NCBI GenBank assembly: GCA_964016885.1
Contig: OZ024743.1
Coordinates: 231,074,001-231,138,000, forward strand
Source of the DNA: Eledone cirrhosa
Taxonomy: Eukaryota
Length of the DNA stretch: 64,000 bases
Direction: 5' to 3'
Under the pieces are notes generated by a model. That model saw only the letters and a program-made list of their open reading frames with translations, made no database searches and was not told the origin of the DNA. This document shows positions 1 through 16,194 of this stretch, piece after piece. The position numbers were made by a program, and so were the translations under genes. Positions within the stretch are counted from its first letter, which is position 1. Every line of letters begins with the position of its first letter.

Positions 1-800
1 TTACAAATAAGGGCGCGAAAATGTAATGAAAACTTGTTCACGTGACAGCCATAATTTCATTTATAAATAATCAAATTACGTTTATTAAAAAAAGCCTTCG
101 TGAGCCCCCCTTTTTTAAGTAAAAAGAAATTCAAACACACACACACAACACACACACAAGCACACCAATAAACATACATATCTTTACTTTCTTTATTCAA
201 TAGAAAATCTGAATTCTGACACCCCAGCGAACTAACCATATTCACTGAACCAGAAGAATTCTCCCATGCAATTTCTCTTGACCATTATCTTTTACTTGTC
301 ATAAAATTCTCTAAAAACGCTACAGTATGGCTTTCCAAATAAGGGCGCGAAAATTTAATGAAAACTTGTTCACGTGACAGCCATAATTTCATTTATAACC
401 AATCAAATTACGTTTATTAAGAAAAAAAGCCTTCGTGATCCCCCCTTTTTTCAAGTAAAAAGAAATTCAAACACTCATATATGAAAATACAACCTGTGAC
501 AATCCCCCCCCCCCTTCGTTGAAGAGATTTGTAACGTGATCTGTCGCGAAATTTATTTTAATTATTGACCAACCAATCAGATTACTTCTCGAAAAACCTG
601 GCATTTCGAGCCACTTTTTCCATATAAAAGAAGTAACATTCAGAGACCAACCAGATGTGAGAAAAACCACAGACCCTCCATCTCAACTCTACATTTGAAA
701 AGCAGAAGAAATGCGAAACCGGTAAAGGAACCAAATAAATATATATATATTTAAAAAAATAAGACTCAAGTTGCGTTTTCGATTTCATCTTTTTTTCTAT
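1..800 (+). mobile_element. 3' UTR/pseudo-LTR of a Penelope-like element, related to the 3' end of the element at 1600-5270, with an internal ~135-bp duplication
   Basis: 190-300 and 590-790 resemble 4610-4710 and 5080-5265; 4-140 is repeated at 337-473; ends at a (TA)n tract. Confidence 0.7.
686..730 (+). ncRNA. Candidate minimal hammerhead ribozyme, U3-A8 variant
   Basis: TTGAAAA (695-701) GCA-gaagaaa-TGC GAAAC-CG-GTA; palindromic ACCGGT in helix III; helix I is weak. Confidence 0.5.
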
Positions 801-978
801 AGATATTAATAATATATATATATATATATATATATATTATTAATATTATATATATATATATATTATAAATTAAATATATAAAAGTTTACATATATATATA
901 CATACATATACATATACGTGTTTTGCAACTGGTCACTTTGTGGCTCAATGAAAAATTAATAAATTAAACAATCAGAGC

Positions 979-1549
979 TATATATCATAAAACAACAATA
1001 TAAAATATATACTATTTCCTCTCCCAATTAGCATAATTAACCATATAAAAAATCGAATAGACCAGGCTATAAGAATGAGGCTTCTATGAAGAAATCTCCG
1101 ACAAATAACCGAAACTAGCGCTTCGCGTCGGAACTGAAAATGAATTTCTTGGCGCGATCACTTTGGAAAATTTAGTGTCTAGAATAGAGTGAGCTTCCTG
1201 GTGAATCAGGCGCTCGAGTTTATATAATTATTACATAATTATTGGAAAACTCAAAATACGGACGAAACCATGATAGAGGAGGTATTTAAATGTATTCTAT
1301 TTTCTCCTAGTTTATTTTACACCTAATTCTGTTTAGTTGACTATATCTGGGCGATTACGCTGTCGAAATATTCGATAAATATTCAGCTACGGCCGATGCG
1401 AAGCGCTAGTTTCGGTTATTTGTCGGAGATTTATTCATAGAAGCCACATTCTTATAGCCTGGTCTATTCGATTTTTTATATGGTTAATTATGCTAATTGG
1501 GAGAGGAAATAGTATATATTTTATCTTGTGATTCTATAGACATGTTTTA

Positions 1550-1555
<6 letters not shown>
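979..1555. repeat. Foldback element with ~150-bp inverted arms and a ~260-bp spacer, next to (TA)n
   Basis: 979-1131 is the near reverse complement of 1392-1555. Confidence 0.85.
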
Positions 1556-1605
<50 letters not shown>

Positions 1606-3850
1606 CCACAGGTAACCCATTTTAAATACAAACTAAAAATCACACACCACACGCACAACAAATAACAAAAAAAGCAAAAAAACGAATGTCCCTAAAAAAA
1701 TACAAATGTCCTCCAACACAAGACAAGACTCGAACACAAAATGTGTTCCAAAATCGTAGACTGCAACCCACACAGAACAGGTTCCAAAATGGTAGATCCC
1801 AACGCATACAAAGGAACAAAATTTACATACCGTACCATCAACAGACCGAACCTCAATACGTCTGAAACTTCTATACAACACCACACAACAACAATGAAAA
1901 TGCCGTTAGATATAATAATACCCATGAAAACACAATTCAGAAAAATCATTTTTTAGACCAAGGCTATAGGACCAACGACACACAGTGGCACAAACCGATT
2001 TTGAAAAACCGAAAATAATCAACCTTTCAAATATAAACTTCTCAGCCCAACAAATTAAAATTCTCTCCAACGGAATGAAATTCACACCAACACCACAATA
2101 CTCTAACCTCAATGAGATAAATGACGATATCTCACACTTCTGTAGAAAATTACGTCTTGACAAGGAGAGTAACGACCATTCAATTGTACGGAATAAAAGC
2201 ATCTACAGCCCAACAAAGGACAGGAACAGAGTTCTGGATTAATGTTGTGACCACATAGCAACTTTCCCATACCATGAACTACCGCAACCTAAGCCCAAAC
2301 CCAACACGAGTCGAAGGGAATGGGAGTTTATCCATGAAATAAAAACAATACTGACATTGCAATTAAGGAAGCGGACAAGTGAAGTACACTCGTCATTATG
2401 AATGCTGAACAGTATAAACATTCTATGTTCTCTCTCTTACAAGACACTAACTACTATAAAAGAGCAAACAACTAACGGCAATCACAAACGATGACCAGAT
2501 AAACACATTCATTTGTCGATACCAAGAAGACTTAACTAAAAGGAACGCGATTATTTAACACATTTGGAATACAAAACCAGCAACCTTTACGGATTTCCGA
2601 AGACCCACAAGTGTAAAATAATTAACGATGACTGTAAAGAATCCACCGCAACCTGCGTGAACACAGAACACGCCACTGACCTTAAATTAGGACCAATTGT
2701 ACCGGGCCCACAAAGTGAAACACACAGACTAAGCAACTTTATAGATATACTACTAAAATCAATTCTCAAACACATACCAAGCCTTGTAAGAGAAGATCTG
2801 GACCTCTTAAACCACCTCTCCAAACATGTCAGCAACGACGCTATTATTGTGTCTTTCGATGTAGCGTATCTCTACACAACGGACTAGAAGCAATAGCATT
2901 CTGGCCTGACAAATATCCCAGTGAGATACCTGACAGAATAGAAAAAATATTCATAACCGAGGGATTACAATTTATTTTACAGAACAACTTTTTTGATTTC
3001 GATGGCAGCACTTACAAGCAAATATCTGGGACTGCGATGGGTACAAAAGTCGCTCCAATTTATGCTAACATAGTCATGGCTTACTTGGAAGTCCAGATAT
3101 GTGAACACTCCAAATAATAATACGGATTGAACTTCCACAAATATTTATCAGAGAATTGGAAACACTAATTGGATGATTGCCTTATTCTTTGATCTCACAC
3201 ACTCGACCAACTGAAGGATTTCAAAAATTTAATTAACCGCATCAATAACCACATCCAGTTCACAATGGAATACAGCCAAGATTAACTCCCATTTCTGGAC
3301 ATCTTAAAAAGACACAAATATTGAAACTGACATACACTACAAACCAACAGATTCCAAACAATACTTGCTATTCACCCCCAGCCATTCAAAGCACACGAAG
3401 ACGAACGTCCTTTTTAACCCGGCAAGAAGCATTTGCACAATTGTCTACAATTATGAATCGCGAAATAAAAGACTTCAACAATTAGAGGAAATTCTGCACG
3501 AAAGACAGTACCCGCCATAAATAATGGAATAGAAAGGGCTAAAGCAATAGGCATTGATGAATTACGAAAACAGAAACAAATTCAAGGTATGTCTCATATT
3601 CTATCATATATATCAACACACAACCCCAGAAATGCGGAAGCATACAACATTATTCACAAGAACATCCCACTATTGATACAAGACCCAAGAATGAAAAAAA
3701 GCCCTTCAAACACACAAAATAATCAAAAGCAAAAGACAACCGAAATCACTAAAAACATTACTCGCCAATGCCAAATTACCTACCACAAACCCACAACCAA
3801 CTGTCAAAAAATATGGTCGTTCTAATTGTGGAACTTGCACTGAAAGCGCC

Positions 3851-4207
3851 ATGTATACATTTCAATCAGTACAACATTTTGTTGTAAAAAATTACTCCAC
3901 TTGTTTATCTAAAAATTTAATTTATGTCATTAAATGTGAAGGATGCAATGAAGATTATATAGGACAAACTAAACTCACACTCAGAAACAGAGTGACAATT
4001 CATCGACACCCATTAAGAGACCCTACCACAAGACATATACCCCTCAGTTCACATCTAGACATATACGCAAGCGATAAGACACCCAAATTCCAAGTCTTCC
4101 CACTGTATCTTTGCGCTGACAATACAACAGAAAAAATACGAATAAATAAGGAAAATATGTTTATTCAAAAATATAAACCAGAATTAAATATACTTTATAC
4201 ATGTTAA
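3851..4207 (+). pseudogene. GIY-YIG endonuclease domain of the Penelope-like element
   Basis: CLSKNLIYVIKCEGCNEDYIGQTKLTLRNRVTIHR motif. Confidence 0.85.
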
Positions 4208-4212
4208 CCATC

Positions 4213-4252
<40 letters not shown>

Positions 4253-5169
4253 AAACCTATATTGGAAAATAAAAACAAGAGCTAAATAAACCTTAACATA
4301 CATTAATAATCTAACAGCTTAACATGCTAACCATAGTCCCCCCCCCCACACACACATAACTCCCACCCTCATGTCTACTAATGGAATTATTTTCCTACAA
4401 ACACACACACACATAAATATATATTCTCTCCATTTTAATATGCTAACCATACTCCTCCACACATACAAACACATATAACACCCATACACACACACATAAC
4501 TCCGTCCCCCATTTCTACTAATAAAATCATTTTCCTACACAAACACACATACACACACGCACATACACACTTCAGCACACAGATAATAATATATATCTCT
4601 ATTTTCTTTATTTCCGTAGAAAGTCTGAATTTTGACACCTCAGCACATCAGCCATACTTATTGAACCAGAACAATTCTCCCCATCCCTTTTTTCTTGACC
4701 ATTATCTTTTGTTTGGCACAACATTCACTAAATGGCTAAAAAGAACTCTCAAATACGAACTGGCGCGAAATTTAATGTAATAATTTACGTGACAGTCATA
4801 ACCAATCAAATTACATTTATAAAAAACATCTTTTTCAGCCACATTACAAGTTAAAAGAACCCTCAAACACAAATTGGCGCGAAAGTTGATGTGCTTACTG
4901 ACGTGACTGGATAAACCAACCAAATGTTACTCATATATGAAAAAACAATCTGACCCCCCCCCCTTTTTTTTTTAAGGCAAATATAATTAGAACTTTGTAA
5001 CGCGAACTCGCGCGAAATGTATTATACTTATTCACGTGACAGTCATCAACCGACCAAATTACTTTTCTAAAAAAAACCTAGCATTTCGAGCCACTTTTTT
5101 CCACATAAAACAGAAGTAACATTCGAACACCAACCAGATGCGAGAAAAACCACAAACCCTCCAACCCAA

Positions 5170-5213
5170 TTCTACTTTTGAAAAGCATAAGAACTGGGAA
5201 ACCGGTAAAGGAA
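5170..5213 (+). ncRNA. Candidate U3-A8 hammerhead motif at the Penelope 3' end (helix II damaged)
   Basis: TTGAAAA gca taagaac tgg GAAAC CG GTA aaggaa; homologous to 686-730. Confidence 0.4.
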
Positions 5214-6022
5214 ACAAATAAATATTCTTAAAAAGACTCCAGTTGCATTTTCGATTTCATCTCTTTTCCTTATACTTTCACTCAAGTAGGACCACCTCGT
5301 TTTTTTTTTCATTTATAAAAAGAACCTCATTTTCTTATATATATATATACATATATGATGGTCTCTCCCGTCCATATCCGACGTATGAGTGTCCAAGAAA
5401 TGTTAAATGTGAGAAAGTGAACAGATATTGAACTACCCACACAAAGTTTTGATTTAAGTGGTGAAGGCTTGTGTAGGACCAACCACACTTTTTGGAACTG
5501 ACGACATATCTTCGGTGCAAATGTTTGCCACGGAAAATACAATGACAGCCCTACAAAAATCCCACAGGGTGCCCAAATATCACCATCCTCACCAAGCTAG
5601 CTTGGTAGGGTTGCCGGATTAGTCGCCGACGACACCGTTTTACTAGGTTACATGTTAGCAGTAGCACTCTAGAGTAGCCTGACATTATATATATATACAT
5701 ATATATACATATATATATATATGCTCACACACACTCATATATATATATATATGTCACACACACACACACACATATATATATATGTTCTGGCCCTTTGAAT
5801 TAAAGTTAAGTCGTTTCCAACATGATAGGTGAACTAGCTGAAGACACCGACTTGGTTTCATCGACTAGTCCATTATGACTAAAATAAGACGTGCAGGTTC
5901 AATGCCCACGTCCCGTTACCATTAGGTTATTTGCTGTAGTGAAAAATACCAAAAGTTACTAATTCTATCGGGAGATATTCCCACATAAACACACATCCAC
6001 ACGCGCCCACACAAACAGACAG

Positions 6023-6058
<36 letters not shown>

Positions 6059-6059
6059 G

Positions 6060-6247
6060 TAAGTTTATCCCGGGTTCAATCGGGTGTAACCACAGTAAGT
6101 AAGGTACTCAATACATAACAGAGTATAAATATTTATTATAGAAAAATGGCTTCTACAGGACTAGAACTATTTCATTCGGGAGAAATGACCAGGAAGCCCG
6201 AATGATACAGTTCTATTCCTGTAGAAGCCATTTCTATATTAAATATA
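6060..6247 (-). mobile_element. Short Penelope pLTR-type foldback element in (TA)n with a decayed hammerhead (6148-6198)
   Basis: Homologous to 18143-18280; minus strand reads ggcttc CTGGTCA tttc-tccc-gaat GAAA tagttctagtcct GTA gaagcc; inverted arm at ~6197-6240. Confidence 0.7.
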
Positions 6248-6899
6248 TATATGTGTGTATGGAGTGAGGCAAAGTTTAGGATTTAGCAATCATGTCCCAT
6301 TTCGGGTCACATCGCATATTTAGGCCAACTGTCACTTACTATTGCCATTGTGTCGAAGCCCGACTGGACTGGAAGCAGTATAGTTAGTAAAGCAAACAGA
6401 ATAGTCGCCGTCGAATTCTACGGAGATCCTCTTACACTTTTCTTTAATTCATATTGTCAGATGCGTATGGAAGAAATTGTGAAAATGTGTTCATGTTTCT
6501 TCTTTGATTTTCTTTTGATTCCCTAGGTTAATCCTATTTCATTAGTTCGCTTCACCATGGCAAAAACTAATCTCTCTCTCCCTCAGTCCCACCTCTCTTC
6601 CATCAATCCAATATCAGACTTTCTTTTAAACGAGCTTCAAAAAATAATAGCTTGTATAGAACTAATGAGTCTAAAATCTGATATTCATAGGAAAGGGCGG
6701 CAGGTTAGGACTAAGATTTGTTTAACACCTAAAACCTTCACGTATCCTGAAAGAGGATTTTCTCTCCCCCACCCTCACGCCATAAGCAGACCATTACACA
6801 GTCGCTTCCACGTTTAAATTCCACAATTAATTAGATGGGGATTTGACATTCTATTCATCTTCAATCCACTCTCTCTGTATATATATGCATACATTCATA

Positions 6900-7365
<466 letters not shown>

Positions 7366-9171
7366 TGGGTACATTTCCAACATTTTAAGAATTTGCTCAC
7401 TTAAGGATACTTCGATTTTTGCTCCACAATTCTTGTTTCGGAGGATCTGTTAGTTTATTACGATCTCCGTAAAGTACTATGACTGTTTTTCAACGTTGTT
7501 TGTGTATTCTACATAAATTCTATTAGAATGTACCACTCCAAAACATATTTCTAATGAATGAATACATATGATCTTCCTTTTCTTTGAAATTAAACAAGAA
7601 TTTGCATGATTAGAATTATATAACTTTCTCAATATTTAGTTATTGTTTCGAACAGAACTTAAGAAAGGTTCTTACATGAAATTATGATGGTAGGTTTTTT
7701 TGTTTTTTAAATAAATATAAATACTTAAGATAAATAGTTTCGTATCACAGAACTAGGGGTATTTTCACGTAGGTTTTTATTGAAAGGGTTAACACACGCC
7801 CACGAGTGAATTCCTATGGAATGCTTCATTTATTTGTTTTACGGACAGTGTGAACATTTACCTTTCCCAATATGTTTACTTTTTGATAGATAGTTCTTAC
7901 ATATTTAATAGATTGTTCTTACATATTTGAGCTCCATCTACTGAAGTTTAAATACCTCACGCCGAATTTCTAGATGATCAAATACTGTAAGTTAACATAA
8001 TTCCCCTCAATATTTAGGATGAAGAATCTGTTTCTGAATATGTAAATGACAGACATTTAGCATCAGGTAAAATTTGTTTGGATGCAAAGTATCAGAGAAT
8101 TAATGACATATAGAATTATTTATAATGTTTGTCACTGAATGATAACACGAACATAAATTTATATATGTGTAGAGAAATATTGCTATCATAGAAATCTCGG
8201 GAAATATATATGTCGTAATACACAAATGACTCAAATGTTTCTAAAACCTGTGAAAAATCTAACTTAATGCCATTGAGTAGGAGTACCAAAGTCACATTCC
8301 ATATTTATATTTGGGCGTGCTTCTCCGACGTTCATTTTCACTAGATCTGGTGGACTGAATTGTATCTCTGTTCTGTGCTGGTTTTCTCGAGACTGATAGG
8401 TTTGAGGCTGTGTAAGGAGAGACCGGCAGAGGGGCAGCGAATAGAATGTATTTCGGGTAGATGTGGCTGTCAATCATTTATCGCTAAGATAAAACTGATA
8501 TGGAAATGACTCTCATAGAAGAGTCAAAGAAAAATGTTTATTTTTTTCGATATTTACTGACCACAATGTATACATACAATAGTTTATAACTTTGCCTATT
8601 AATCCGTATAGTGATCAAATGATGTCTCACGTGCTGGCCTCCCTGCAGCCCCGGCGAGTAGGATGGAGAAGGCGTATCCCCGGAGGATGGTAAGGGAGAT
8701 GCGCTGGAAGAGCCATTCCAACTCGTGAGGCTCACACCTGCGGCTGGCTATCTCAACGCCTATGGTGGTGAATAGGGAGGTTGCCCTAGGGCCAAGGACA
8801 TCCTAATTCTCCGCTGCCAAGGGTACGACCATGAACCTGTCGGAGAGCGACCTTAACTAAGCTTGTCGTCCCGTTTGAAAGAGCAGTAATATCTCTTAGT
8901 AATTGCACTTTAATATCTTTAAATATATCTAGGACCCTTTACATAACGTAGTCTTAGAAAATCGTTGTAGCTAAATCAGAAAACGTTACCTTGCTTATCT
9001 TGAACTGCAAGCGATCTGATTTGTGTTCCCACATGTAAAAAATACTACTTCCGGCCACCACTGCAGGCTCTTTCCAGAATACATGGAGAATCGATCGAAG
9101 AACTGGTCTACATCATGAAGTGCATGATGAAAGAGGTGGTGATTTTTCTATATACAGAGGTTGGTGTTTTG

Positions 9172-9210
<39 letters not shown>

Positions 9211-9439
9211 AACCTCCACACATAGAAAACCACCACCTCTACCATCAACACCACTAACGCAACCAACACCACCATTGCCATAAATCCCCTATTTGTAATT
9301 CAAAATGAATTTATCCTTAGTTTTGAAAGGATTATTTTCCTGCTTCTGTTTCGTTTTTCTTCTTTGCTTTTGTTTTGTTGTTGTTGGTGTTCTTTTCATA
9401 TTATCCCTGAAAACTCGATTGACATATATCATTCGACAC

Positions 9440-10670
9440 GCAAAATTCTGAACCATCACCCCCTAATTTAGCTGTTATTTTGCTTATTAAACGTATTTGC
9501 TGTCGTCGTAGTCGTCATCATCATTATAGCTGTTGTTATTTTTATTGTTTTTATTACTCTTGTTGGTGTGCTTCTTCTTTACTGATTTTGTGTATCTCTT
9601 TTGCTATTCCTTTCTTTTCTGTCATTTTGTTCTTGTTAGGGATACTATTATGTGTTACCGTTGTTGTTGCTGTGGTTGTTGTTGTTGTTGTTGCTGCTGC
9701 TGCTGCTGCTGCTATTAGTGTGGCTGTTGTTCTTACTTTCCTTTACCTGTGTTTTTCCTTTATATCTTCTGTTTCTCTTGTTACTGTTGTTCTTGTTGTG
9801 ACAGCTATTGCTGTTATAAGTGTAGTTGTTATTGGGTTTCCTGTTGTTGTTATAAGTATAGTTATTGTCATCATTATTCTTTTTTCTTGTGCTTATATTT
9901 CATTTTTTTTTTCTTAGCTCTTCTACTACTTCCTTTTGTTGTTGTTGTTGTTGTTGCTATGACTTTCTTCTTGGGGGCTGTCATTTTCCTTACTTTTTCG
10001 GTTGTTTCTATTATAACTGTTGTGATGGTTCGTGTTGCATTCTTGTTGCTGCTGTTGTTGTTGTTAGTGGAGGCGTTGTTGTCGGCATTATTGTGGGTGT
10101 TCTTGTGCTTGTTCCTGTTTCGACTTTTATTCTTTTGGCTGTAGTTTTCTTTGCCACTTCTGTTGTTTCTGTTCATAATATTGTTGTTGTGTTTGTTGTT
10201 ACTCCTTGCTTTTGTTGTTGTTATTATTTCTTTCGTTATTTAAATATTTTCTTTTAAACGTTTGTTGTTTTCTTTTGATAGAAATATTTCGTGTTTTGCT
10301 TTTGTTTCACGTAATCTACTCAAAATTTCTGAAACAATTTCTAAAAGATTCCAATGATCCAGACGAAAGTTTGACATTAATTTGTCAGGAATGTAGCAAT
10401 TTCTTGATGTGAAGTATTTTCAAATTAGTGCGCCTGACATCATAACAGCATATCCACATGCAAATACACAGGATTTGGGAAGGGAGGGCCTGATTTTTCC
10501 TCCTCCTCCTCCTCCTCCTCCTCCTCTCCATCTCTTTTGCATTCGATTATTATTATCATTATTATTGTTGTTTTTGCTGTTGTTGTTGTTGTTATCATCA
10601 TCTTCATCATCATCACCACGAAGAAGAACAACAACAATGGTGTTCTCTTTTCGCATCGTGTGTTCTTGTG
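9440..10670. repeat. Degenerate trinucleotide low-complexity region (GTT/GCT/ATT/CCT)
   Basis: Runs of gtt, gct, cct, att and cat; the ORFs here are compositional artefacts. Confidence 0.8.
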
Positions 10671-12195
10671 TTTGATAAATCTATCATATCGAGAATACTG
10701 TCTTACGTAATATACTTCATTCACACAGAGAATTACAAACATATAGGTTAAAAGTTATATGCCACCAAAGGAGCCTGAATAGAAACGAAGGATAGTATAA
10801 GAATTTCTAATTCTTGCATGGAGCTACAGATTTAAAACTCTCAATACGCAGTAAAAAACATAGAAGTCTCTATTTAATAGAAAAATAGGGCATTTTGATC
10901 ACTAACAATATATATATTTATGTGAATGTAGAAATATATGTACATGGGACATCATCGGAACCACTTTATCTAAATAATATCAAGATTGATGAATATGACG
11001 GGCAAAATAAGTGATAAATAAGTAATTATTGCTAAATTATGATAAATATTCAGCTGATCTATATATTCTTTCAGATGTTTAGGGGAGCAAACAGTTAATA
11101 AAATCCGTTCCGTTACTGGTACTTTCATTTATAGACAGAATCTTTGGTGATCACACAGTACAGTACACTCACCCTGTGCCACATCACTACTAACAACAAG
11201 TCAACCACTGTTATCACCACAAACCCACCATTAAATGTATTACAAATACAGATACCTCAAACACTTGTGTAGTTTGTCTTGGCCCTCCTCTCCCTCTTAC
11301 GAATTGTGTCAATTTCTATCTCCAAATTCACAATGTTTCTATGCATTTCTTTCTCTCCCTCTCGTTGTCTGCCCCCCTCCCCTCTCTATTTATTTTACTT
11401 TCTTATTTGTCTCATTCTATTTTATTATATTCGCCTTTGAAAATATCAACTATTCACGTGCAGTCTTCTTTGCTACTGTATATATGTTTTATTTAAAAAT
11501 GTAAATCAGAATAAAGGATAGATAGATAGATAGAGAGAGGAGAGTGAGGGAGAGAGAGACTGACAGAGACAGACAGAAAGTTAGACAGACATGCAGACAG
11601 AGATTGTGAGAGAGGGGCAGACAAACAGAAAGAATCGTACGTAAAGACCGACCAATTGAGAGATGGGTAGATACATGTAAATACATAGGCAGATAGAGAC
11701 AGACGAAGAAAATGACATATATTTGAAACATAGTTGCTGAATGTACAATGACGTCTGTGTGTACAGTAGAACATTCTATAGGCAACAGCAACCAGCTAAA
11801 GACAATATATTAAAGGCGGGATACCGGATTGAAAGAAACGGAAACTTTAGTAAACGAGACCATCAAAAATACTCTCCCTCTCTCTTTTTATACCTGTTGC
11901 TGCTTTCAATGTGATTATTGAAGACTATCAATATGACAAATATGACAGGAAAAGAGAGAATAAGAGGGAGGCAGAGAATTTGGTATTCAATATAGTATAT
12001 ATATATATATATATATATATGGGGGAGGGTGACCGTGTGTGATACAGAGGCAGTGTACATGCATCTGTGTGTGTGACAGAGAGATAGAGAAATTATCTGA
12101 ACAACATATTTAGATAAAAATAAAAGAAAGTTATCCATTGTAAGAATATAAATCACAGCGAACGAGAGAGAGGGAGGGCGGAGAGGGAGCGATGG

Positions 12196-13656
<1,461 letters not shown>

Positions 13657-14126
13657 ATTACAAGAGAGTGACCGAGAGAAAGAGAGGGTAGGAGACTGAC
13701 AGACAGACAGAGAGAGAGAGACAGCGAAATATAGGGTGACGCTCAGATGTATTTGACAATGAGCCAGCAATACATTTCCTTTGAAATAATCTCGTCTGCT
13801 TCTAAATGCCATAAAACATAATAGACAGTCTATAATATTACAGCAAGTGGTTGGCACATTCAGAGTCATATCTCTGAGGTCATAAAGATAGATAACTCAG
13901 AAGTGTCATGCTTACGACGTAATTAAAATATTTATAGATAAAATGAGAAGTGAAGGTGGCCGAAATCGAGAGTGGATGGTGCTTGCTCCTGCTGCTGCTG
14001 TTGCCGATATTGATGTTGTTAAAGGTGTTTATGTTGTTGTTGTTGATGATGATGATGATGATGATGATGACTAGGTGAACATACATCCTGCTCAACTTAT
14101 ATTTCATTTCAACAACGTACACCTAT

Positions 14127-14308
14127 AGCAGCTGCAGTAGTAGTATTAGTAGCAGCAGCAGCAGCAGTGATGGTGGTAATAATGGTGGCAGTAGTAGTAG
14201 TAGTAGTAGTAGTAGCAGAGCAGCAGTGATGGTGGTAATAGTGGTGGCAGTAGTAATAGTAGTAGTAGCAGCAGCAGCAGCATCAGTGATGGTGGTAATA
14301 GTGGTGGC

Positions 14309-14339
<31 letters not shown>

Positions 14340-14739
14340 TCAGCAGCAGCAGCAGTGATGGTGGTGGCAACAGTAGTAGTAGTATTAGTAGTAGTAGTAG
14401 TATTAGTAGTAGTAGTAGTATTAGTAGTAGTAGTAGTATTAGTAGTAGTAGTAGTATTAGTAGTAGAAGCAGCAGCAGTGATGGTGGTAATAGTGGTGGC
14501 AGTTTTAGTAGTAGTAGTAGTAGTAGTAGTAGTAGCAGCAGCAGCAGTAGCAGTAGTAGTAGTAATAGTCGTAGTATTAGTAGTATTAGCAGCAGCAGCA
14601 GCAGCAGCAATGGTGATGGTAATAGTGGTGGCAGTAGTAATCGTAGCGTTGGACGCTCTGTTGGTGGTGTTAGTGGTAATATTATTTGTGGTGGTAGTAG
14701 TAGTAGTTATGGTGGTAATAGTGATGGCAGCAGCATTAG

Positions 14740-14811
<72 letters not shown>

Positions 14812-14822
14812 AAGAAGAAGAG
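14127..14822. repeat. Compound (AGT)n/(AGC)n/(GGT)n microsatellite with a ~60-bp higher-order unit
   Basis: gcagcagtgatggtggtaatagtggtggcagtagtag recurs about 6 times. Confidence 0.9.
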
Positions 14823-15169
14823 AACCATCCATCACTAAAACGAATATTCAATTACGTTTCAGTTATGAGCATTTCATACTTTGCTCGGACATTGTGTGTG
14901 TTATACATTTTGTATCACTATATAGAAAGGTTCAATGTTTTGGTCTAGTAGCCATGTGGGGGGGGGGGGGAGATATTTCACCTTCTCTCAGATGTCCTTC
15001 ATTTATAATAAGGTATTAAGTTTGGAGTTTGTGTGATGCGGTGATACACTACATATGCTTCAAATTTGTTTAACACACTCAATGTATTGAGGCTGGTGTA
15101 ATATCATCAGTGCGTATTCTGCTTGAGTCACAATCTATATCACAGAGTTAGAGAAAGTGCGTCCGGGCC

Positions 15170-15480
15170 CAAGGGGCAAGACATTTCCAGCTCGTAATCA
15201 TTAGGTTGTAAGTTTAATTCCTTGATTGGGCAGCACCTTGTGTCCTTGAATAAGACACTTTATTTCTCGTTTTTCCAATCCATAATACTAGAAAGAAATA
15301 AGGTGCAAATTCAATGCTGCTAAGTACATCGTTTTTTTTTCTATATCCTTGGGTAACAGCCACGACATGCAAAAGAGGGAATGGTATGCATGAGTGACGT
15401 TTGGTATTCTATTTAGAAAAGCGTCTGCCCAGGCTTTCTCCTTTTAGAATACATTTCCAGATGTAAACATGATCAGTTAT
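15170..15480 (+). mobile_element. Old tRNA-derived SINE copy (family B)
   Basis: tgtgtccttgaataagacactttatttc is shared with 16195-16309 (minus strand) and 44070-44350. Confidence 0.55.
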
Positions 15481-16194
15481 GATGGAATGTACACCCTGAT
15501 CAAAGGGTTAGCAAACTAAAATTATAATTTCACCCCTCATTCTCTCCCAAGTTAATTCTATTATTTGGATTAAACTCTGAACAGCTATTTACCTATCTTG
15601 AGCTTTGAATTATTCATTGACTTATATAGTTGCGTTATCAACATGTCTCAACTACTATATATATATATTTAACAGATACTAAATACATTTAAATGATATA
15701 TCAGGAAACAGACATATATTGTAAACTTAATAATAATCAGGATAATATCAATAAATAAAAAAACAGGAAACAATAGACATGTGACAAATATACTCATTAA
15801 ATTGCTCAACTAAATTTCTATATTCTTTACGAGAGACGACACGTGTCTCATGGAAAAGATAAATAAAAAAATCAAAGAAGCCGAAATAACTCTTTTAAAA
15901 AGAAAAATAATAAAAAATAAACACAGAAAGATAATTATTTATCTTTTAGAGGGAATGTGGGTTAAAATAGAAGAAGTGGTCAATTAATTTCCGCGATGTA
16001 TTTTGATGTAACAGAGCAGAGGAAAACAGCGTCCAAGCGTTGCAGCCGTTTATATATATATATATATATTTTTTTTTATTTATTTATTTTTTTTTAACGA
16101 TCGACTTTTGTCAAATCGGACGGAGGGAACAATGTTTCCGTTGGTCTTTCCAATTGCTAATACTATCTATCAGTCGCAACTCCAGGTAGAAGGA

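Larger units (their letters stand above)
1600..5270 (+). mobile_element. Degenerate Penelope-like retroelement (RT plus C-terminal GIY-YIG endonuclease, probably Neptune-type)
   Basis: Disrupted frames with NLYGFPKTHK, IVSFDVAYLYT, SGTAMGTKVAPIYAN, LDDC and PFLDI; GIY-YIG ORF 3851-4207 with NLIYVIKCEGCNEDYIGQT and IQKYKPELN; flanked by TA-rich sequence. Confidence 0.9.

Noticed and set aside
5830-5925. Hammerhead (CTGAAGA between ctag repeats) or tRNA gene
   Set aside because: No GAAA half and no cloverleaf; at most a decayed SINE head
8264-8490. Possible host exon on the minus strand
   Set aside because: Stops follow the best acceptor in all three frames, and there is no recognisable domain
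8628-8680. HDV-like ribozyme at the GC-rich island
   Set aside because: No upstream P1 partner for ccccggc
9480-10257. Hydrophobic multi-TM-looking ORFs
   Set aside because: Low-complexity GTT/GCT sequence
14123-14948. Thr/Ala-rich mucin-like and Val-rich ORFs
   Set aside because: Trinucleotide repeats open in several frames on both strands; no splice or domain evidence
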